Shown here piece by piece: positions 24,545 to 28,107 of a stretch of 28,107 nt of DNA. Source of the DNA: Peptostreptococcales bacterium (GTDB lineage: Bacteria; Bacillota; Clostridia; Peptostreptococcales; Acidaminobacteraceae); NCBI GenBank assembly GCA_038240675.1, contig JBBRGL010000001.1, positions 1-28,107 of the forward strand, given 5' to 3'. The stretch's first letter is position 1. Every line of letters starts with the position of its first letter. Both the position numbers and the translations under genes were made by a program. The notes beneath the pieces were generated by a model, which saw only the letters and a list, made by a program, of their open reading frames with translations, was not told where the DNA came from and did not search any database.

Positions 24545-25533
24545 ATCCAGAAAACTCAACAAAAAGAGAGCCTCTTTTGGTTGTCAAGAATCTTAAAAAG
24601 TATTTCCCTGTTCAAGCGGGATTCTTCAGACGTGTTGTTGGCTATGTCAAAGCTGCGGACAATGTGAATTTCGTCATCTACAAAGGCGAGACATTGGGCC
24701 TTGTTGGCGAGTCAGGCTGTGGCAAATCGACAACGGGTAGAACGCTCCTCAGACTTCACGAGGCCACTGAGGGAGAAGTATTTTTTGAAGGACGGGATAT
24801 TTTTAAAATTTCTAAAAAAGAAATGATCAAGCTCAGACAGAAGATGCAGATTATTTTCCAAGATCCTTACAGCTCCCTTAACCCTAGAATGACGGTAGGG
24901 GAGATGATTTCAGAGCCACTTATACAGCACGGGCTCTACAAAAGAGGACCAGAACTTAAGGATAGAGTTGTGGAAATCATCAGACTTTGCGGTCTTGATG
25001 ACTACCACGTCAACCGCTATCCACATGAGTTTTCAGGTGGACAGAGACAGCGTATCGGTATTGCAAGAGCACTTGCTCTGAATCCTACCTTTATCGTTTG
25101 CGATGAGCCTGTATCGGCTCTTGACGTTTCGATACAATCCCAAATTATCAATCTGATGAAGGACCTCCAAAGAAAAATGGGCCTTTCGTACCTGTTTATT
25201 TCCCATGACCTCAGTGTCGTAAAACACATTAGTGACAGAGTGGGCGTTATGTATTTAGGGTCACTGGTCGAGCTCGCAGCTAAAAAAGATTTGTATAATG
25301 GACCAAAACACCCTTATACACGTGCACTTTTATCAGCAATTCCAGTGCCAGATCCTGAGTACAAGCGAGAGCATATTATTCTTGAAGGCGATATACCTTC
25401 ACCAGCAAATCCGCCTTCAGGTTGTAAGTTTCATACACGCTGCTTTATGGCTCAGCAAATATGCAAGGATCAAGAACCAGAGTTTAAGGATTATGGCAAT
25501 GAGCATTTTTGTGCGTGTCATTTTGCAAAATAG
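24541..25533 (+). CDS. oppF: Peptide ABC transporter ATP-binding protein
   Basis: Motifs [33 protein letters not shown] and GCKFHTRC; ATGA overlap with oppD. Confidence 0.94.
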   Translation: MNPENSTKREPLLVVKNLKKYFPVQAGFFRRVVGYVKAADNVNFVIYKGETLGLVGESGCGKSTTGRTLLRLHEATEGEVFFEGRDIFKISKKEMIKLRQKMQIIFQDPYSSLNPRMTVGEMISEPLIQHGLYKRGPELKDRVVEIIRLCGLDDYHVNRYPHEFSGGQRQRIGIARALALNPTFIVCDEPVSALDVSIQSQIINLMKDLQRKMGLSYLFISHDLSVVKHISDRVGVMYLGSLVELAAKKDLYNGPKHPYTRALLSAIPVPDPEYKREHIILEGDIPSPANPPSGCKFHTRCFMAQQICKDQEPEFKDYGNEHFCACHFAK

Positions 25534-25592
25534 AGTTGAGTCCAGGCAGTTAATATCCTGATTATTTTACGACCACCCATAAGGAGACGCAC

Positions 25593-25760
25593 ATGAAGAC
25601 CAAACGACTGCATTTTGACGATGAATTTCACTTCACCTCTAAAGATTATTTGGCGCTGACCATAGCCGCTATTCAGGTCATTATGCCCTACGTATTGGGA
25701 TTCCTTGCGATGTTCACCTTCGGTGTTTTTCTACTGGTCAAATTTTGGCTCAGGCAGTAA
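25593..25760 (+). CDS. Small membrane protein, 55 aa (below the ORF-track cut-off)
   Basis: RBS AAGGAG 6 nt before the ATG. Translation: MKTKRLHFDDEFHFTSKDYLALTIAAIQVIMPYVLGFLAMFTFGVFLLVKFWLRQ, a charged N-terminus followed by a ~33-aa hydrophobic stretch. It lies between oppF and the operon terminator. Confidence 0.75.
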   Translation: MKTKRLHFDDEFHFTSKDYLALTIAAIQVIMPYVLGFLAMFTFGVFLLVKFWLRQ

Positions 25761-25789
25761 AGTTTATTTCATTACATTACATTACATTG

Positions 25790-25820
25790 CCCCTCAGCAG
25801 TACCTGTTTGAGGGGTTTTT
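25790..25820 (+). terminator. Terminator of the opp operon
   Basis: CCCCTCAGCAG-TAC-CTGTTTGAGGGG followed by TTTTT. Confidence 0.8.
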
Positions 25821-25964
25821 CTTACATATCGAAATACGCCATAAAATGAGGCAATATTCCTTGTTTCATATTCCTTCAATCCTTGATATTATAGAGGCTA
25901 GAGGCATTCAAAGTGCTATAGATAAATAGGGGACATGATAAAACACTTGATTTGGGGGAATTCC

Positions 25965-27758
25965 ATGAGGAGTATTCGGGGAAAAATGTTGATAACGCTG
26001 CTGCTGACAGCTGCAATATCAACGATTTTGGTGAGTTTTTTTATTTTGAATGACACACAGCGCACGTCCTATTTAGTGGTAAAATCCAGTAATTTAGCTG
26101 AAATCAGAAATGTACGCGATTATTATTTTGAAAAGCTTATTACAGATATGGAAACCTTGGTGCAGTACTGGTCAAAAGAGTCAACCCTTATGAATTATGA
26201 GGCAGATCCTGCTCAAGGCCATATCACAAGAACCATACCTGGCAATTTTATATCAACGTATAAAAAATGGCTCAGTGTGACGGAATCCTCTGGCGATATT
26301 ACGTGGATGTTTTTTGGCCTCGAAAAAGACGGTTCGATTTTCATTGCGCCCACAGATTCAACCATGCCGCAGACCTATGATTGCCGATTGCGTGAGTGGT
26401 ATATAACGGCGAAAAAGGAACCGCTTGCGATTCAATGGTCAGAGCCCTATGTTGATGCAGGTGATTCCGGAAAAATGCTTCAGACAGTCTCTAAAGCCGT
26501 TTTAAGAGAGGGTGTGGTCGTGGGGGTCATGGCTATTGACATTGAAGTCCAGCGGTTTAACGCGATTCTTCAAAAGCTTAAATTTGACGCAGAATCACAG
26601 CTTTATATTGTCAATACACTTGGACTACCGGTGGCAACCACTGAAGTAAACCCCGGAAATGTTATGGAGCGCTTCACTCTAGATTCTTTAAAAGAAGAAC
26701 AGTCCCTGATTCGAAGAATAAACGGCTCTGAATACGTGGTCAGCATCATGCCCTTATCTACAAACAAATGGGTTTTGGTCGGCGCACGCCCTCTTGAGGT
26801 TGAAGCCACTCTGAACGCGTCTAAAGTGCGGATATTCTGGGCAGCGCTCATACAGATTATCATCACGCTCTTTATTGGGATCATCATCTCTGCCAAACTT
26901 TTTGAACCCCTTGAAAAGCTATTGGGCGTCATAGACGATGTGACAAAGGGCGACATCAAAAAAAGGACTGAAATAAACACGCGTGATGAATTTGGATCGC
27001 TTTCTAGAGGTTTTGACACCATGTTAGACACCATTGAAGAGCTGTTTTATGAACGGGATCACCATTTGAAAATGCTCAAGATAAAAAACAGAGAAATCAT
27101 TCAGGGAAAAGAAGAAATCATTGCCTACAGTTCTCAAGTAGAGGCTATGAACGATGAACTTTCAAGGCTACTCAATGAACTGGGAGACAACTACCTGACC
27201 ACCGTGAAGGCCCTTGCTAACGCTATTGAAGCTTCTGATGATTATACCAGAGGCCACTGTGAGCGCGTAGGGGACATTTCAAAATTGTTGGCTGAACATA
27301 TGGAGCTTACTTATGAAAATACACAGGATTTGGTCTATGCTTGCGTTTTGCATGACATCGGCAAGATTGCTATTTCTGATAAAATTCTCAACAAGCGGAC
27401 ATCTCTCTCAAAAGACGAACTCAGTATGATTAAAATGCATCCCCTTATTGGTTATGAAATCATTAAAGATGTGCACTTTTTAGAGCGTCCTTCTCGAATT
27501 TTGTTGCAGCACCATGAGCGCATTGATGGACTTGGCTATCCTTATGGACTTAAAGGTGATGCCATTTGCTTAGAAGCGAAGATTTTGTCGGTGGCGGATG
27601 CATATGACGCCATGACGTCTGCAAGGGCGTACAGGCAAACGCCGCTTTCAAAAGACGCAGTCGTTGAAGAACTCATCAAAGGGAGAAATGTACAGTTTGA
27701 TTCGGATGTCGTAGACGCTCTGCTTGAACTTATAGAAGATGCTGATAAAGAACTTTAA
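25965..27758 (+). CDS. Cache-HAMP-HD-GYP c-di-GMP phosphodiesterase
   Basis: TM, Cache-like segment (REWY, WSEPYVDAG), TM, HAMP (DEFGSLSRGFDTM), then LHDIGK and HHERIDGLGYP. GGGGG 6 nt before the ATG at 25965 fits better than the ATG at 25935. Confidence 0.9.
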   Translation: MRSIRGKMLITLLLTAAISTILVSFFILNDTQRTSYLVVKSSNLAEIRNVRDYYFEKLITDMETLVQYWSKESTLMNYEADPAQGHITRTIPGNFISTYKKWLSVTESSGDITWMFFGLEKDGSIFIAPTDSTMPQTYDCRLREWYITAKKEPLAIQWSEPYVDAGDSGKMLQTVSKAVLREGVVVGVMAIDIEVQRFNAILQKLKFDAESQLYIVNTLGLPVATTEVNPGNVMERFTLDSLKEEQSLIRRINGSEYVVSIMPLSTNKWVLVGARPLEVEATLNASKVRIFWAALIQIIITLFIGIIISAKLFEPLEKLLGVIDDVTKGDIKKRTEINTRDEFGSLSRGFDTMLDTIEELFYERDHHLKMLKIKNREIIQGKEEIIAYSSQVEAMNDELSRLLNELGDNYLTTVKALANAIEASDDYTRGHCERVGDISKLLAEHMELTYENTQDLVYACVLHDIGKIAISDKILNKRTSLSKDELSMIKMHPLIGYEIIKDVHFLERPSRILLQHHERIDGLGYPYGLKGDAICLEAKILSVADAYDAMTSARAYRQTPLSKDAVVEELIKGRNVQFDSDVVDALLELIEDADKEL

Positions 27759-27805
27759 AACACAGCAATTTAGGCTTTTAGCCTTAGATTAGAGGAGGAT
27801 TTCAA

Positions 27806-28107
27806 GTGGATTTAAGGCATATAGAAACCCCACAGATTAGACAAGCAATTATGCATATTGTCGATACGCGCATTTCAGAGCCACTCTACAACCAAGAACC
27901 CATGACACTGACGCCTGAGGCTGAAGAATTTATTTATAAGCATCTTCTCAAACTCATACAAACAGAGGACAATTTCAAGGCGCGGTTTGTTGCGGAACCC
28001 ACAATGAAAGCGCTTTTGGTGGCTTTTTTAGAATCGGATATGGACTTTATCCAAGTGTCCAAAGAGATTGCAACCCATTATCATCGCTATGCTCAAAATC
28101 AGGGTGC
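27806..28107 (+). CDS. Probable nucleoid-associated protein (YejK/NA37-like), 3' truncated by the window edge
   Basis: RBS GAGGAGG, GTG start, frame open to the window end (MDLRHIETPQIRQAIMHIVD...EEFIYKHLLK...KARF). The family call rests on recalled pattern similarity only. Confidence 0.6.
   Translation, partial: MDLRHIETPQIRQAIMHIVDTRISEPLYNQEPMTLTPEAEEFIYKHLLKLIQTEDNFKARFVAEPTMKALLVAFLESDMDFIQVSKEIATHYHRYAQNQG

Noticed and set aside
25770-25788. (CATTA)3-4 microsatellite
   Set aside because: Short, located between a stop codon and a terminator, with no plausible phase-variation effect.
25705-25929. 74-aa ORF after oppF
   Set aside because: TTG start without an RBS, it crosses the opp terminator, and it overlaps the better-supported 55-aa ORF in another frame.
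505-27034. Many antisense and alternative-frame ORFs of 60-160 aa inside real genes
   Set aside because: They lie wholly within well-supported CDSs, lack RBSs and recognisable motifs, and are the expected shadow ORFs.

Overview
Chromosomal housekeeping region of a low-GC anaerobic Bacillota (Clostridia-type gene set and AGGAGG RBSs; an amino-acid/peptide fermenter by inference). I find 23 CDSs: a 5'-truncated TPR protein coupled to a nitroreductase and luxS; a membrane GGDEF cyclase; secG and a Na+-type membrane pyrophosphatase (hppA); rnr, a Cof-type HAD hydrolase and a Schlafen/AlbA_2 protein; a long clostridial-type glnA; ltaE and pepF; fabI; a 186-aa hypothetical protein; an RluA-family pseudouridine synthase; oppABCDF followed by a 55-aa membrane protein missing from the ORF track; a Cache-HAMP-HD-GYP phosphodiesterase; and a 3'-truncated nucleoid-associated protein. 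There is no transposase, integrase, rRNA, tRNA or CRISPR array. The most unusual signal is non-coding: a ~121-bp fully palindromic MITE-like unit. It occurs as a 4-copy head-to-tail array right after the hppA stop codon, as a solo inverted copy with compensatory base changes nested in a larger modular repeat (whose second copy has a different central module), and as a 31-bp end fragment at the predicted glnA transcription start. Second, tandem NrdR-type boxes and two DnaA-like boxes lie upstream of a protein of unknown function rather than a ribonucleotide reductase. All calls are by eye from motifs; no database searches were run.
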